A stretch of DNA of 64,000 bases. Source: Candidatus Omnitrophota bacterium. Its GTDB lineage: Bacteria > Omnitrophota > Gorgyraeia > Zapsychrales > Fredricksoniimonadaceae. Shown here one piece after another: positions 36,852 to 47,542 of this stretch (its first letter is position 1; each line of letters begins with the position of its first letter). Both the position numbers and the translations under genes were made by a program. Location: assembly GCA_037131245.1 (NCBI GenBank), contig JBAXRK010000001.1, positions 88,385-152,384 on the forward strand. The letters run 5' to 3'. The notes beneath the pieces are model-generated. The model did no database searches and was not told where the DNA came from. It worked only from the letters and a program-made list of their open reading frames with translations.

Positions 36852-38681
36852 TTAATAAACGTCCTCGAGGTAACGGCCCGATCGCTTCAGGCCCTTCACG
36901 TATTCCTCCGCTTTCACGCGGGTGAAACCACCCTCCTGCTCGGCCACCTCAATGAGCGCGTTGCACACATCCGGCGCCATGCGTTTGGTGTCTCCGCAAA
37001 CATAAAGGTACGCCCCGTCTTCGATCCAGGCAAAAACATCCTTCGCGTTCTTGAGGATCTTGTGCTGCACATAACACTTTTCCTGCTGGTCGCGGGAGAA
37101 CGCCACGTCCAGCCTGGTGAGCGCGCCGCTCTTAAGGTGCGCCTGCCAATCGGTCTGATAAAGAAAATCAGTCTCGAAATGCGGATTGCCGAAGAACAAC
37201 CAGCTGCGCCCCGTGTCGCCGCGCGCCGCGCGCTCCTCGACAAAAGCCCGGAACGGCGCCACGCCCGTGCCCGGCCCCACCATAATGACCGGCACTTCGC
37301 CGTCAGCGGGAAGGCGAAAGCCTTCATTGGCTTTGATGTACACCGGAACCTGTTCATTCTCCATGATCCGGTCCGCCCAGAACGTGGAACCCACGCCCTC
37401 TTTCTGCCGGCCGAACGCGTTATAGCGCACCGCGCTGACCAGAATATGCACCTCATCCGTGTACGTCAGCGGGCTTGAGGCGATCGAATACAAACGCCCC
37501 GGAATAGGCCGCAGGACGGTCAGCAAGTCGGCCGCCGTGTACGTTACCGGATAATCCTTGAGCAAGTCAATAATATCCCGGCCGTAAAGATATTCGCGCA
37601 ACCGCGCCACGTCGAAAAGCAACTCATTGAGCTCTTTGCTGCCGGCGAAGGAATTATGCTTCTTGAGCACGTCCGGCGTCAGCACAGTCAGTTCATAACC
37701 GCGCAGCGCATCCGCTAGCGTTTCTGATGTCGGCAGGCGCTCACCGCCCCGCAAATTCAGGTGCGTGAGCACGTCCACGACCAACCGGTCGGAATTGCGC
37801 GGGAGTAACCCGCAAGCATCACCCGGCTGATACGTCAGCCCCGACCCTTCGAGGGAAAGCTCGATGTGGTACGTCTCTTTTTCCGACCCGGCGGCGTTCA
37901 CGTTCACTTTCGACAGGACAGTGGCCAGGAACGGATTTTTCGCCGAATAAGGTACCGCGCCGGCCGCAGGCAACCGAACGGCCGCCATTGGGGCAGTGGT
38001 GAGGGTCGCGGTCACCGGCCCGGCGATCTTCTTCAGCGCTTCCAGCGCGGCTGTCAACCAGCGCTCGGCGCTATCATTAAAATCAACATCACAGTCCATC
38101 CGGTCAACCAGGCGGGCCGCCCCGCAACGCTCCAGCGCGGCGTCGAGATCAATGCCGGCCTTACAAAAATGGACATACGACTTGTCACCCAGCGCCAGCA
38201 CCGAAAAATGGACGCCCTCCAGCCGCGGCGCGCGATTGCCACCCAGGAACTCGAACAGTTCCTCGGCCGCTGCCGGCGGCACGCCTTCGCCATGCGTGCT
38301 AATGATCGCGAAAATGTTCTTTTCATTCTTAAGGTCCCGGACCTTATAGGCGCCCATATTGCACACCTTGACCTTGAACCCGGCCTTCTCGGCTTCCGTC
38401 TGGACTTTCTTGGCAAAACCTTTGCCGTTGCCGGAATGAGAGGCCACCAATACCGTCAATTCCGGGGCCGACGCCGCTGCCGTTCCCGCGGGCAAGGCGC
38501 CGCCATGGGCCGCGGCGGCAAAAGCCTCCGCCAGCTGATGCTGCACCTGTGCCGCGCCGGCAAAATAGCCTGCCAGCCACGACAACTGCTCCCGGCTGAA
38601 TTTATCGGCCGATTCACCGACCAGGCGGTTAACGTCGACAGTCCCTGAATGCTTTAAGATCTCCTGCGCTTCTTTTTCCAT
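36852..38681 (-). CDS. cysJ: Sulfite reductase (NADPH) flavoprotein alpha subunit
   Basis: The product is 609 aa. The N-terminal half is flavodoxin-like (LTVLVASHSGNGKGFA). It carries the FAD motif RLYSIASSP, the NADPH motif VIMVGPGTGVAPFRAF, and a C-terminal GRYLEDVY. Confidence 0.9.
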   Translation of the reverse strand: MEKEAQEILKHSGTVDVNRLVGESADKFSREQLSWLAGYFAGAAQVQHQLAEAFAAAAHGGALPAGTAAASAPELTVLVASHSGNGKGFAKKVQTEAEKAGFKVKVCNMGAYKVRDLKNEKNIFAIISTHGEGVPPAAAEELFEFLGGNRAPRLEGVHFSVLALGDKSYVHFCKAGIDLDAALERCGAARLVDRMDCDVDFNDSAERWLTAALEALKKIAGPVTATLTTAPMAAVRLPAAGAVPYSAKNPFLATVLSKVNVNAAGSEKETYHIELSLEGSGLTYQPGDACGLLPRNSDRLVVDVLTHLNLRGGERLPTSETLADALRGYELTVLTPDVLKKHNSFAGSKELNELLFDVARLREYLYGRDIIDLLKDYPVTYTAADLLTVLRPIPGRLYSIASSPLTYTDEVHILVSAVRYNAFGRQKEGVGSTFWADRIMENEQVPVYIKANEGFRLPADGEVPVIMVGPGTGVAPFRAFVEERAARGDTGRSWLFFGNPHFETDFLYQTDWQAHLKSGALTRLDVAFSRDQQEKCYVQHKILKNAKDVFAWIEDGAYLYVCGDTKRMAPDVCNALIEVAEQEGGFTRVKAEEYVKGLKRSGRYLEDVY

Positions 38682-38693
38682 TTAAACCCTTTC

Positions 38694-40502
38694 CTAGATA
38701 ACGAAATCCAGCGTAACGATATTACGGCTTTGTAACGCGGCGATCACCTGCCTGGCCCCCGCCGCCGGCTCGGGGTTCGCGGCCAGCTGCACATCCGGCG
38801 TGAAGCGCCCGAACCCATGATCGCCGACGGAGACCACAATGATCTCGGCCGGCTGATTGAGCAGCCTTAAACTTTCAATATCATGATCATCCACATCCGA
38901 CACGGTGGTGATGAAAATAAAGCCCGCTTCCGTCATGATGCGCGCGAGTTCACCCAGGCGGCGCACATGCTCACCCGCCGCGGCGCTGGCGGTGTCCGCG
39001 CCCAGGCCCCGCACCAGGTTCGAGATCCCCAGATAATAAGCCTGGCAATGGGAGGCGAACAACTGCCGCTCCAGTTCCTGGGCCAGCGGCTTTTTACCCG
39101 TTTTGGCCGCGCCCACGATCACCACGAATTTGGAATGATGCCCCAGCTTCAGCGCCCGCTCCGCGGCGCCCACCGAACCGCGATACCAGAACGCCTCGCG
39201 CTCGCGGATCGCGTCCTTAAAAAGGGACTGATCATCGCCGAGCGCTTCCAGCACGATCCCGCCGCCGGCGATCTCGTAATTATCCACCAGGACAAAACGC
39301 CCGGTCCCTTCATTATCGTGGATCAGGTCGAACGCTACCGGTTTGGCCGTTTCTATAAGGATCTCGGCCACGTCGTGGCGCTCCACCTGCGTTTTGGTGC
39401 CGGTCTGGCGCAGCTCGGCAGCATCGAGAACTTGAGCGATCTCAACTAAGCGCGCCTGCACCCGGGCCGCCCCCATCTTGAGCTTGTAGCCTTTACCCTT
39501 GATGAGCGGCGAGCGCCCCATCCAGAAAATATTGGCCCGAAACCGCGTGCTGACCTTCGGTTGGAACGCTTCCCCCGCGTCGCGCACCATGAGCTCGCCG
39601 GGTTTAACATAAAGTTGTGTGTCAAAGGTAAAACCGACCGCTTCACCGGCCACCGCGCTCTCATTAGGCGGCGCGCTAAAACGTTCGACCGACTTAATGC
39701 GGGCCTTCTTGTGCGATGGCAGGAAGATCACCTGCTCACCGGCCTTGATCCGGCCGCTATCCACCGTGCCCGCCGCGATGCGGCGCTCATCACCATCGGC
39801 GGTGAACTTGTAAATATCCTGGACGGGAAAACGGAAGGGCAGGTCTTCGGTGCCCTGGCGGTTGGCGAACGCGTCGAGCTGCTCCAGCACCGTCGGCCCC
39901 TTGTACCAGCCCATTTCGGGGGCACGCTGCGCGATGTTCGCGCCCAGCAACGCCGCGATCGGGATGAACGAAGTCGGTGTTACCCGACGAGCTGCCAGAA
40001 AAGCCCCGTACTCGCGCTGGATGTCTTCAAAAACTTTCTGGCTAAAACCCACCAGGTCCATTTTATTAACGATTACCGTCACCTGTTTGACGCCTAGCAT
40101 CGCCAGCAAATAACCATGGCGCTTGCTGTTCTCCTGAATGCCCTCTTTGGCGTCGATGACCAAAAGCGCCGCCTCGGCATGCGCCGCGCCGGAAACCATG
40201 TTCTTAAGGAACTCAATATGGCCGGGCGCGTCGAACACCAGATAATTGCGCTTTTGCGTCTTGAAAAAACAGCGCGCCGCGTCGATCGTGATGCCCTGCG
40301 CCTGCTCGTCCTTGAGGGCGTCCAAAAGAAAGGCGTACTCAAAAGGCCGCGCGGTCTTCGCGCACAGCGCTTTCACCTGCTCCAGCTTGCCTTCCGGCAA
40401 AGAACCGGTATCGGCCAACAGCCGGCCGATGACCGTGCTTTTGCCGTGGTCCACATGCCCGACGATGACGATGGTCATTTGCTCGCGTTGTTGAACACTC
40501 AC
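38694..40502 (-). CDS. cysN: Sulfate adenylyltransferase subunit 1 (GTPase) with a C-terminal degenerate APS-kinase-like domain
   Basis: GTPase motifs [14 protein letters not shown] and NKMD are present. The C-terminal roughly 150 aa align by eye to CysC, but the P-loop reads GAAKTGKKP and LDGDN is replaced by LGISN. The track start is GTG 40502, which overlaps the cysD stop (GTGA). An alternative start is ATG 40478. Confidence 0.85.
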   Translation of the reverse strand: MSVQQREQMTIVIVGHVDHGKSTVIGRLLADTGSLPEGKLEQVKALCAKTARPFEYAFLLDALKDEQAQGITIDAARCFFKTQKRNYLVFDAPGHIEFLKNMVSGAAHAEAALLVIDAKEGIQENSKRHGYLLAMLGVKQVTVIVNKMDLVGFSQKVFEDIQREYGAFLAARRVTPTSFIPIAALLGANIAQRAPEMGWYKGPTVLEQLDAFANRQGTEDLPFRFPVQDIYKFTADGDERRIAAGTVDSGRIKAGEQVIFLPSHKKARIKSVERFSAPPNESAVAGEAVGFTFDTQLYVKPGELMVRDAGEAFQPKVSTRFRANIFWMGRSPLIKGKGYKLKMGAARVQARLVEIAQVLDAAELRQTGTKTQVERHDVAEILIETAKPVAFDLIHDNEGTGRFVLVDNYEIAGGGIVLEALGDDQSLFKDAIREREAFWYRGSVGAAERALKLGHHSKFVVIVGAAKTGKKPLAQELERQLFASHCQAYYLGISNLVRGLGADTASAAAGEHVRRLGELARIMTEAGFIFITTVSDVDDHDIESLRLLNQPAEIIVVSVGDHGFGRFTPDVQLAANPEPAAGARQVIAALQSRNIVTLDFVI

Positions 40503-41383
40503 ATGTACCCCTCTTTGCGCAATGTCTCCAGCCCGCCGCCGTCCTCTTTATCCTGAGCGCGGCCGGCCCGTTCGGAAATATTGCGGAACTTGCCGCTCTT
40601 AAGCTCCTCGATGATCTCCTTGATGTTCTTCGCCGTGGAATCTACCGCGCCGGTACACGGCGCGCAACCCAGCGAGCGGTACCGCTTGCCCGTGCCCTTG
40701 TCAAAATACAGGTCGATGATCGGAATATTCTCCCGCTCGATATACTCCCAGATGTTGAGCTCCGTCCAGTCCAGGAGCGGATGGATGCGCACGTGGGTTC
40801 CCGGCGCGAAATCGGTCTTAAACTGGTTCCATAACTCCGGCGGCTGGTCGCCCACGTCCCAATCACTTTGTTTATCGCGCGGCGAAAAATAACGCTCCTT
40901 GGAACGGCTGCCTTCTTCGTCCGCGCGCGCGCCCACGATCACGCCGGTATACGGCTCCCGGTTCGTGTCCGGCACATAACGCCGCAACTGATGGTCCATG
41001 CGGTAGCGCGGCCATTCGCCGGAAATAGTATGGCGCAGCGCCAGCGTCTTCAAGTTCCGGCAACAGCTGATGCGATCGACCTTGCCCAGCGGGAACGTTT
41101 CGCCCGCTCCCAGGGCCTCGGCATTCTCACCATAGATCATGTTGAGCTTCCACTCCAGCGCGATACGGTCGCGGTACTCGATCATCGCCGGGATCTTGTA
41201 ATGCGTGTCAATATGGACCAGTGGGATCGGCACATGCCCGAAAAATGCTTTGCGCGCCAACCACAGCAGGACCGTGCTGTCCTTGCCGATGGACCAAAGC
41301 ATGCACAGCGCCTTAAAATCACGGTACGCCTCGCGCAGGATGTGGACGCTCTTGGCTTCCAGTTTCGCTAACGGATCGGTCAT
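40499..41383 (-). CDS. cysD: Sulfate adenylyltransferase subunit 2
   Basis: It has the PAPS-reductase-fold motif [17 protein letters not shown], an [16 protein letters not shown] segment, and the C-terminus [23 protein letters not shown] 41383 overlaps the cysH stop (ATGA). The track's longer ORF is an extension. Confidence 0.9.
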   Translation of the reverse strand: MTDPLAKLEAKSVHILREAYRDFKALCMLWSIGKDSTVLLWLARKAFFGHVPIPLVHIDTHYKIPAMIEYRDRIALEWKLNMIYGENAEALGAGETFPLGKVDRISCCRNLKTLALRHTISGEWPRYRMDHQLRRYVPDTNREPYTGVIVGARADEEGSRSKERYFSPRDKQSDWDVGDQPPELWNQFKTDFAPGTHVRIHPLLDWTELNIWEYIERENIPIIDLYFDKGTGKRYRSLGCAPCTGAVDSTAKNIKEIIEELKSGKFRNISERAGRAQDKEDGGGLETLRKEGYM

Positions 41384-42102
41384 GCTTTTCTCCTCGAATG
41401 CAGCCCGCATTCCTTGTGTTCGGGGTTTTCCCACCACCAGCGCCCCGCGCGCACACCCTCACCGGGCTTCACGGCCCGGGTACACGGCGCGCAGCCGATG
41501 CTGGGATACCCCTTGTCATGCAACGTGTTATAAGGCACCTTGTTCTTTTTAATATACGCCCAAACATCCGCTTCGCTCCAATCAGCCAACGGACAGATCT
41601 TGAACAGGCCATTGGCGTCATCCCACGACACTTTAGCGACGCCGGCGCGCGTGACCGCCTGGTCGCGCCGCAACCCGCAGATCCAGGCCTTGAGCGTCGA
41701 CAGCTTACGCCGTAACGGCACCACCTTGCGCACCTCGCAGCACTGCTTGCGCAGATCGATGCTTTTATAAAACTGGTCCGGGCCGTTTTCCGCCACCATC
41801 GCCTCGACCGCGCCGGCGTCAGGCGTGATCACCTCGATCGCCAGGCCATAACGCACGTTCGTCGCTGCCAGCGCCGCGTGCGTTTCCGGCGGCAGGCGCA
41901 GCGTATCGAGCGTAAAGATCCCGGGCTTGCCGCTGCCAGCGCCGGCGCAAAGCATATCCGTCAGCACCTGATCTTCGGCGCCGAAACTGGTCGCCAGCGC
42001 TACCGCTGAAGCGCCGAATTCCTTAAGCGCCCAGGCCAGAACCTCTTTCGGCTCCGCCCCTTCCAGCGCCGCCGCTCTTTTTAGGACCGCTTCTTTATCC
42101 AT
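41380..42102 (-). CDS. cysH: Assimilatory adenylylsulfate (APS)/PAPS reductase, Fe-S-cluster type
   Basis: The product is 240 aa. It has the Cys pair KQCCEVRK and the CxxC motif SIGCAPCT, a signature of 4Fe-4S APS reductases, plus the catalytic C-terminal KECGLH. Confidence 0.85.
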   Translation of the reverse strand: MDKEAVLKRAAALEGAEPKEVLAWALKEFGASAVALATSFGAEDQVLTDMLCAGAGSGKPGIFTLDTLRLPPETHAALAATNVRYGLAIEVITPDAGAVEAMVAENGPDQFYKSIDLRKQCCEVRKVVPLRRKLSTLKAWICGLRRDQAVTRAGVAKVSWDDANGLFKICPLADWSEADVWAYIKKNKVPYNTLHDKGYPSIGCAPCTRAVKPGEGVRAGRWWWENPEHKECGLHSRRKA

Positions 42103-42171
42103 ATCTCTATAAACCTTTTTAAACGCCCCTGCTTTTGTAGCAAATTCGTGCCCTGCCTTACACCGTAACTG

Positions 42172-42828
42172 TCAACCCGGCTTTTTCTTTGAAAGCTCTT
42201 CCACCAGGTCAAGCGCGGCCAAAACCACAGCCAGCGCGATGAGCAGGCCCATCCCCCGGTCGAACGGCAACTTCTCAACAAGCAAAAGTTCTTTAAGATG
42301 CAGGCCGATGATCCCGATGCCGATCCACAGGCCGATCTTATGCTCCTTGCTGCGCCGCAGGCGCTCACCGGAAAAAGACCAGCGGTCGCCGACATTATAA
42401 GGGGTCAGGCGCGGGATGAACGAAGGCACCGCCTTCTTATAAGCGCGGTAATCATCTTTGTACATCGACTCCAGCAAAGATTCTTCCTGCCCGATCGTGC
42501 GGATATACGCGAACGTGAATGCCAGCAGGGCCGCGATCCCCACCCAATAGATCTGGACCAGTAGAACGAAACCCAGCAGGATCAAGAGCGTCCCCAGATA
42601 TAGCGGATTGCGCACAAAAGCATACGGCCCGCAGGTCGTCAATTTTTCGGTTTTCACCGCGTAACTATTCGACCACAACCGCAGCAGGACGCCGGGAGCA
42701 ATGAAACAAAGGCCCAGCCCGATCGACGGCGCCGTCGCCCGTGAATAGACCGCCACAAAGACCGCCAGCGGATATAGAATGGCAAAACGCAGACGGAGCA
42801 GCCTCTTGATACGATCCTTAACGTTCAT
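42172..42828 (-). CDS. Membrane methyltransferase of the ICMT/PEMT-like family
   Basis: The product is 218 aa with 5-6 TM helices. It carries the motif FVRNPLYLGTLLILLGF typical of the isoprenylcysteine carboxyl methyltransferase family. Its ATG overlaps the upstream stop (ATGA). Confidence 0.7.
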   Translation of the reverse strand: MNVKDRIKRLLRLRFAILYPLAVFVAVYSRATAPSIGLGLCFIAPGVLLRLWSNSYAVKTEKLTTCGPYAFVRNPLYLGTLLILLGFVLLVQIYWVGIAALLAFTFAYIRTIGQEESLLESMYKDDYRAYKKAVPSFIPRLTPYNVGDRWSFSGERLRRSKEHKIGLWIGIGIIGLHLKELLLVEKLPFDRGMGLLIALAVVLAALDLVEELSKKKPG

Positions 42829-44465
42829 GGGGTACCTTTCACAAATTTAATAACCGACTGGCTGCCGAATTCTTTAAGCAGGACGCAATCGTAGCGCCCT
42901 TTCAACTGTTCCCTGACGGACTTAAGGTCTTTACGCTCCAGCACCGCCAGGACCTCCCGCCGCGCGGTCAAATACGCCAGCAACTCGTCCACCGTCTTGA
43001 TGAACGGGATCGGATGCGGGCTAAAGAAATCCCCGCCTCCAAGCTTGAGCACCCCGACATTTTTCTCCGAATAATACCGCACGCCGCGCACGATCATTTT
43101 CGAACAAAGCACGCCATCCGCCTGCGGTTGTTCCCGTTTAAGGTACTCCCCCGCCCCGCGGCTGGCCACCTGGTCGTCCGCTACCGGATCAAAGGCCAGG
43201 AACACAAAAAACAACAATGCCATATTGAACGCCACGGCGTATGGAAAAAGCCGGGGGTTCCGGGCGACACGCCAGAACTGTGCCACCACCACGGCCAGGA
43301 ATACCGCCATCGTCGCGTAGACCGGCTCGGGACGGCTAACATAAGCCGGGAATTTAAAAGCCGCCAGCGCGATCGCCGGTGGCAAAACAAGAAAAATACC
43401 CATTGTCCCAAGCGCCATCCCGCGCGCCCGCTCTTTCGCGCCCACCAGCAGATCACGCAAGCTGTCACCGGTCAATATGGCCACCGCCGGAAAGATCGGA
43501 AATATATAACTCACCAGCTTGGAATGGGCGAATTGCACCTGTAAAACGCCGGTCACGATCCAGCACAGCAGAAAACAAGTGAACGGCCCCGTCACCCGGT
43601 CCTTGCAGCGCGCGATGAGCCCGCCGAACGAGGCCGCCGTAAAAATGGTCCACGGAAAGAAACAAAGCAGGACCGCGCCCGGATAGAAATACCACCGGTC
43701 ATTATGCGCGTGTTCGGCTTCCAGCAAACGGCGCACATGGTCGTTCACCCAGAATTCATCGATAAAACCCCGGCCGTAAAGGGAGATCATCTGCGCGTAC
43801 CAGGGTACGGCGATCAAAAGAAATAAAAGCACGCCCAAGGCCGCGGCGCGGCACCTTAAAAACGCCAGCTGCCGGTGCAAGAGCAGGAAAAGCACGACCG
43901 CCGCCAGCGGCATCGTGATCCCCAGCAAGCCTTTGGTCAGCACGGCCAGCCCGGCAAAAACAAAGAACAGAACGATCCCCGCTGCTTTCCAGGGCCGGTG
44001 ATGGTAGCCCAGATAAAAAGCCCCCAGCGAAAAAGCGATGAACACGCTGAAGATCATATCGGTGAACACCGTTCGCGCCAGCCCGATATAAAGCGCGCCC
44101 GACATCAGCACGAACGCGCACAGGAACGCTTTCTTGCGGTCGTTATAGACGCGCGCGCAGAAAAAATACACACCCAGGACGCCCAGCAGGGCGAACAGGG
44201 CCGGAAAAAAACGCGCCGCGAAGGCCGTCGTGCCAAAAACCAAAAACGCCGCGCGGATCAACCAGTAGGTCAGGATCGGTTTCTCGAACTGCGGCTGGCC
44301 GAACAGATAAGGGACCGACCAGGTCGCGTGCTGCGCCATCTCCTTGGCCGTCCCGGCGTAAAAAACCTCGTCAGGATTCGTCAGGCTCACCACCTGGTTG
44401 CCCAGGATAAAAAGCACGAACGAGCACACCAGCAGTGTTACGACCTTGCGCGCATTGTCTGTCAT
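42825..44465 (-). CDS. GT-C glycosyltransferase, family 39 (ArnT/PMT_2-like)
   Basis: The product is 546 aa and polytopic. The N-terminal motif NPDEVFYAGTAKEM...GQPQFEKPILTYW resembles the ArnT/PMT DE and FEKPPL motifs. Confidence 0.8.
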   Translation of the reverse strand: MTDNARKVVTLLVCSFVLFILGNQVVSLTNPDEVFYAGTAKEMAQHATWSVPYLFGQPQFEKPILTYWLIRAAFLVFGTTAFAARFFPALFALLGVLGVYFFCARVYNDRKKAFLCAFVLMSGALYIGLARTVFTDMIFSVFIAFSLGAFYLGYHHRPWKAAGIVLFFVFAGLAVLTKGLLGITMPLAAVVLFLLLHRQLAFLRCRAAALGVLLFLLIAVPWYAQMISLYGRGFIDEFWVNDHVRRLLEAEHAHNDRWYFYPGAVLLCFFPWTIFTAASFGGLIARCKDRVTGPFTCFLLCWIVTGVLQVQFAHSKLVSYIFPIFPAVAILTGDSLRDLLVGAKERARGMALGTMGIFLVLPPAIALAAFKFPAYVSRPEPVYATMAVFLAVVVAQFWRVARNPRLFPYAVAFNMALLFFVFLAFDPVADDQVASRGAGEYLKREQPQADGVLCSKMIVRGVRYYSEKNVGVLKLGGGDFFSPHPIPFIKTVDELLAYLTARREVLAVLERKDLKSVREQLKGRYDCVLLKEFGSQSVIKFVKGTP

Positions 44466-45199
44466 AAGGAGACCTTTAGCAGTTCGCTGACCGTCAGGAA
44501 CCGGTACCCTTTCGCTTTGAGTTTTTCCACCAGCCGCGCGACAGCCAACACTGTTTCATGGCGGTCGCCGCCTTCCACGCCCAGCACGCTGCCGCTGTCA
44601 TGGAACAGGATGATATCGCCCGGGCGCACATTATGCGCCAGGAACGCCACAATATACTTATCGTCGAACGTGACCCAATCCTTCGAGTTGAGCGACCACA
44701 GCACCACCTTGTACCCCATCCGGGCAAAAGCGGCTTTTTCCTCTTCATTGATCCAGGCCTTGGGCGGCCGGAAATATTTGGTGGTCACCCCGGTGACCTG
44801 GCGGATGGCTTTTTCGCCTTCCGTCACTTCCCGGGTCGCTTCCTCAACCGAATAAAAAAAGATCCCGTGATGATCGTAAGAATGATTGCCGATCTCATGC
44901 CCTTCGGCGGCTACCCGCCGGGCAACCTCGGGATACTTGAGCGCCTGCGTCCCCAGCATAAAAAAGGTCGCCTTGACCCCGGCTTTCTTAAGCGCGTCAA
45001 GGATCTGCGGCGTCCATACAGGCGAGGGGCCGTCATCAAAAGTGATCGCCACCGCTTTATCCTTCACCGCCAGATGATAAATCGTATCCTGCCGGACCAG
45101 CACCGCCTGGTCAAAGAAAACCGTCAGCGCGCCGAAAACGGCCAGCGCGCCGAAAAGGATGCCGATGATATAAAGGCGGTTCTTGCGGTCGAAAGTCAT
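44462..45199 (-). CDS. Polysaccharide deacetylase (NodB homology domain, CE4)
   Basis: It has an N-terminal TM helix and the NodB motifs ITFDDGP and HEIGNHSYDH. Its stop overlaps the start of the next gene (ATGA). Confidence 0.85.
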   Translation of the reverse strand: MTFDRKNRLYIIGILFGALAVFGALTVFFDQAVLVRQDTIYHLAVKDKAVAITFDDGPSPVWTPQILDALKKAGVKATFFMLGTQALKYPEVARRVAAEGHEIGNHSYDHHGIFFYSVEEATREVTEGEKAIRQVTGVTTKYFRPPKAWINEEEKAAFARMGYKVVLWSLNSKDWVTFDDKYIVAFLAHNVRPGDIILFHDSGSVLGVEGGDRHETVLAVARLVEKLKAKGYRFLTVSELLKVSL

Positions 45200-45200
45200 C

Positions 45201-46928
45201 TTACGTCTTTACCCTTTTCTCGAGCTTGGCCAGCTCATCCTTGAGCGTCACCGTGCGATTGAATATCAACCGGCCGTCGGCAGCATCAGGATCGGCGCAA
45301 AAATAGCCCAGGCGCTCGAATTGATAGACCGCGCCCGCGGCCACCCGCGCCAGCGAAGGCTCGGCCTTGGCGTCGGCAATGACCGAAAGCGACCCCGGAT
45401 TCAGATTATCCTTATAATCCCCGCCGGCCTTAACGTCCGACGGATCCGCCGCCGTAAACAGTTTGTCGTACAAACGCACTTCGATCGTGGCTGCCTGCGG
45501 CGCCGCCACCCAATGGATGGTGGCCTTAACCTTGCGGCCGTCAGGCGAGTTACCGCCCCTGGTCGCCGGGTCATAGGTGCAGCGCAACTCGACCACATGA
45601 CCGTCCGCGTCCTTCACCACCCGTTCGCACTTGAGAAAATAGGCATACCGCAGGCGCACCTCGCGCCCGGGCGTCAGCCGGAAGAAATCCTTGCTCGGCT
45701 CTTCCCGGAAATCATCACGCTCAACATAAAGTTCGCGCCCGAACGGCACGTTGCGCGTTCCGGCGGACGGGTCTTCGGGATTGTTCACCGCGGCAAGCTC
45801 TTCACTTTGCCCCTCGGGATAATTTTCGATGACCACTTTAAGAGGCCTGAGCACCGCCATCACGCGCGGCGCTTTCTTATTAAGCTCCTCACGGACGCAG
45901 AATTCCAGGAGCGACAGGTCGATGGTATTATCCACCTTGCCCACACCGATACGGTGGCAGAACTCGCGGATGGCGGACGCCGGATAACCCCGCCGGCGCA
46001 TGCCCGAGATCGTCGGCATGCGCGGATCGTCCCAGCCGTGCACCAGCCCGTTCTGGACCAGCTCCAGCAGGCGGCGCTTGCTCATCATCGTATAGGTCAT
46101 ATTAAGGCGCGCGAACTCATACTGATGCGGCAGCGCCCGCGGCAGGCTCAGGCTTTCCAGGATCCAGTCATAGAGGGGGCGATGCACTTCGAACTCCAGC
46201 GTGCAAATGCTGTGAGTGATCCCCTCAATATAATCGCTGAGGCAATGCGCGAAATCATACATGGGATAAATACACCACGCCCCGCCGGTATGATGATGCG
46301 CCACGTGCCGGATGCGGTACAGGATCGGGTCACGCAGCCAGACGTTCGGCGCGCTCATATCGATCTTCGCGCGCAAGGTGCGGGCTCCGTTCGGGAATTC
46401 GCCGGCTTTCATCCGGGCGAACAGATCCAGGCTCTCCTCAATGGAACGCTGGCGGAACGGGCTGTCCTTGCCCGGCTTGTCAGGCGAACCGCGGAAGGTA
46501 TCGGTATCCTCGGGGCTGAGGTCGCAAACGTAAGCCTTGCCTTTTTTGATCAGCGTCACGGCATGGTCATAGATCGCGCCGAAATAATCGCTGGCAAAAT
46601 AAGGCACGCCGTCCTTGAGGCCCAGGCAATGGTCGGCCCAGCCGCCGATCAACCAACGCACGTCGCCGGTGATCGAGTCGACATACTCCACATCTTCTTT
46701 GGCCGGATTGGTATCATCCATGCGCAAATTGCACCGCCCGTTATTCTCGCGGGCGATACCAAAATTAAGGCAAATGGACTTCGCGTGCCCGATATGCAGG
46801 TAACCATTCGGTTCCGGCGGGAAACGGGTCACGATCCCGTCGGGATATTTCCGTTCGTTCACATGCCCGGCCACGATGGCGCGGATAAAATCCTGCGGCT
46901 TGTTCTCTGGGACATTTTCCATGTTCAC
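45201..46928 (-). CDS. glnS: Glutaminyl-tRNA synthetase
   Basis: It has the HIGH region RFPPEPNGYLHIGHAKS and the KMSKS-type motif TYTMMSKRRLL, and is about 575 aa. The track start is GTG 46928, which overlaps the upstream stop. An alternative start is ATG 46922. Confidence 0.9.
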   Translation of the reverse strand: MNMENVPENKPQDFIRAIVAGHVNERKYPDGIVTRFPPEPNGYLHIGHAKSICLNFGIARENNGRCNLRMDDTNPAKEDVEYVDSITGDVRWLIGGWADHCLGLKDGVPYFASDYFGAIYDHAVTLIKKGKAYVCDLSPEDTDTFRGSPDKPGKDSPFRQRSIEESLDLFARMKAGEFPNGARTLRAKIDMSAPNVWLRDPILYRIRHVAHHHTGGAWCIYPMYDFAHCLSDYIEGITHSICTLEFEVHRPLYDWILESLSLPRALPHQYEFARLNMTYTMMSKRRLLELVQNGLVHGWDDPRMPTISGMRRRGYPASAIREFCHRIGVGKVDNTIDLSLLEFCVREELNKKAPRVMAVLRPLKVVIENYPEGQSEELAAVNNPEDPSAGTRNVPFGRELYVERDDFREEPSKDFFRLTPGREVRLRYAYFLKCERVVKDADGHVVELRCTYDPATRGGNSPDGRKVKATIHWVAAPQAATIEVRLYDKLFTAADPSDVKAGGDYKDNLNPGSLSVIADAKAEPSLARVAAGAVYQFERLGYFCADPDAADGRLIFNRTVTLKDELAKLEKRVKT

Positions 46929-47539
46929 TCTTCCTTCTTCAGTAGGATGACCGCCCGGCGGTAAAGGCCAAGGTACGTCGTAAAATGCTCCACCCGCTCC
47001 AGCGTTAAACCTGGGCAGGACAAGATCAACGCCTGCAACCGCTCTACCGTCCGGAAAGCCGCGCCGCGGTCCAGGCTGTAAAAGAATCGGCTAAAAAAAC
47101 CCTGCCCTTCAAAAAGCAAAGGATCGCTCACCAGCACCCGGGCGCGGCTGGTCTGCGTCATGGCCCTGACCACCCCCACCAGCTGCGCGTCGGTCAAATG
47201 ATGGGCCGTGTCGAGCAGCATCACCAGGTCGAACGAATTCGGCTTAACCGGTAAACTGCGCCCGTCCCCTAAGATGAACCGCGCCTGGGGATAATGCCGG
47301 CCGGCGTGAAAGATGCGCGGCGCGCTGTTATCGATGCCCACGTACCCGCCCGCGCAGGCACGGCTATTCTCGCCGAGCCCGCAACCGACATCCAGAACAT
47401 TGCGCAAGGGCAGCCCCGCCAGCACCCGGCCCACACCCTGCCAGCGCCCGTAATCAAGGACATTGCGCTGCAGCCGCGAAATGAAAGGGTTCTCCAGCAG
47501 GCCAGCGTAACGCATTTTCCGGTCGGGTGCCTGAGCCAT
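46925..47539 (-). CDS. Class I SAM-dependent methyltransferase
   Basis: The product is 204 aa and carries motif I, VLDVGCGLGENS. Confidence 0.75.
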   Translation of the reverse strand: MAQAPDRKMRYAGLLENPFISRLQRNVLDYGRWQGVGRVLAGLPLRNVLDVGCGLGENSRACAGGYVGIDNSAPRIFHAGRHYPQARFILGDGRSLPVKPNSFDLVMLLDTAHHLTDAQLVGVVRAMTQTSRARVLVSDPLLFEGQGFFSRFFYSLDRGAAFRTVERLQALILSCPGLTLERVEHFTTYLGLYRRAVILLKKEE

Positions 47540-47542
47540 AAA

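Noticed and set aside
45183-46964. A 593-aa plus-strand ORF, the longest plus-strand ORF in the window.
   Set aside because: It lies exactly antisense to glnS, whose HIGH and MSKR motifs are unambiguous. Its translation is R/H/P-rich and featureless.
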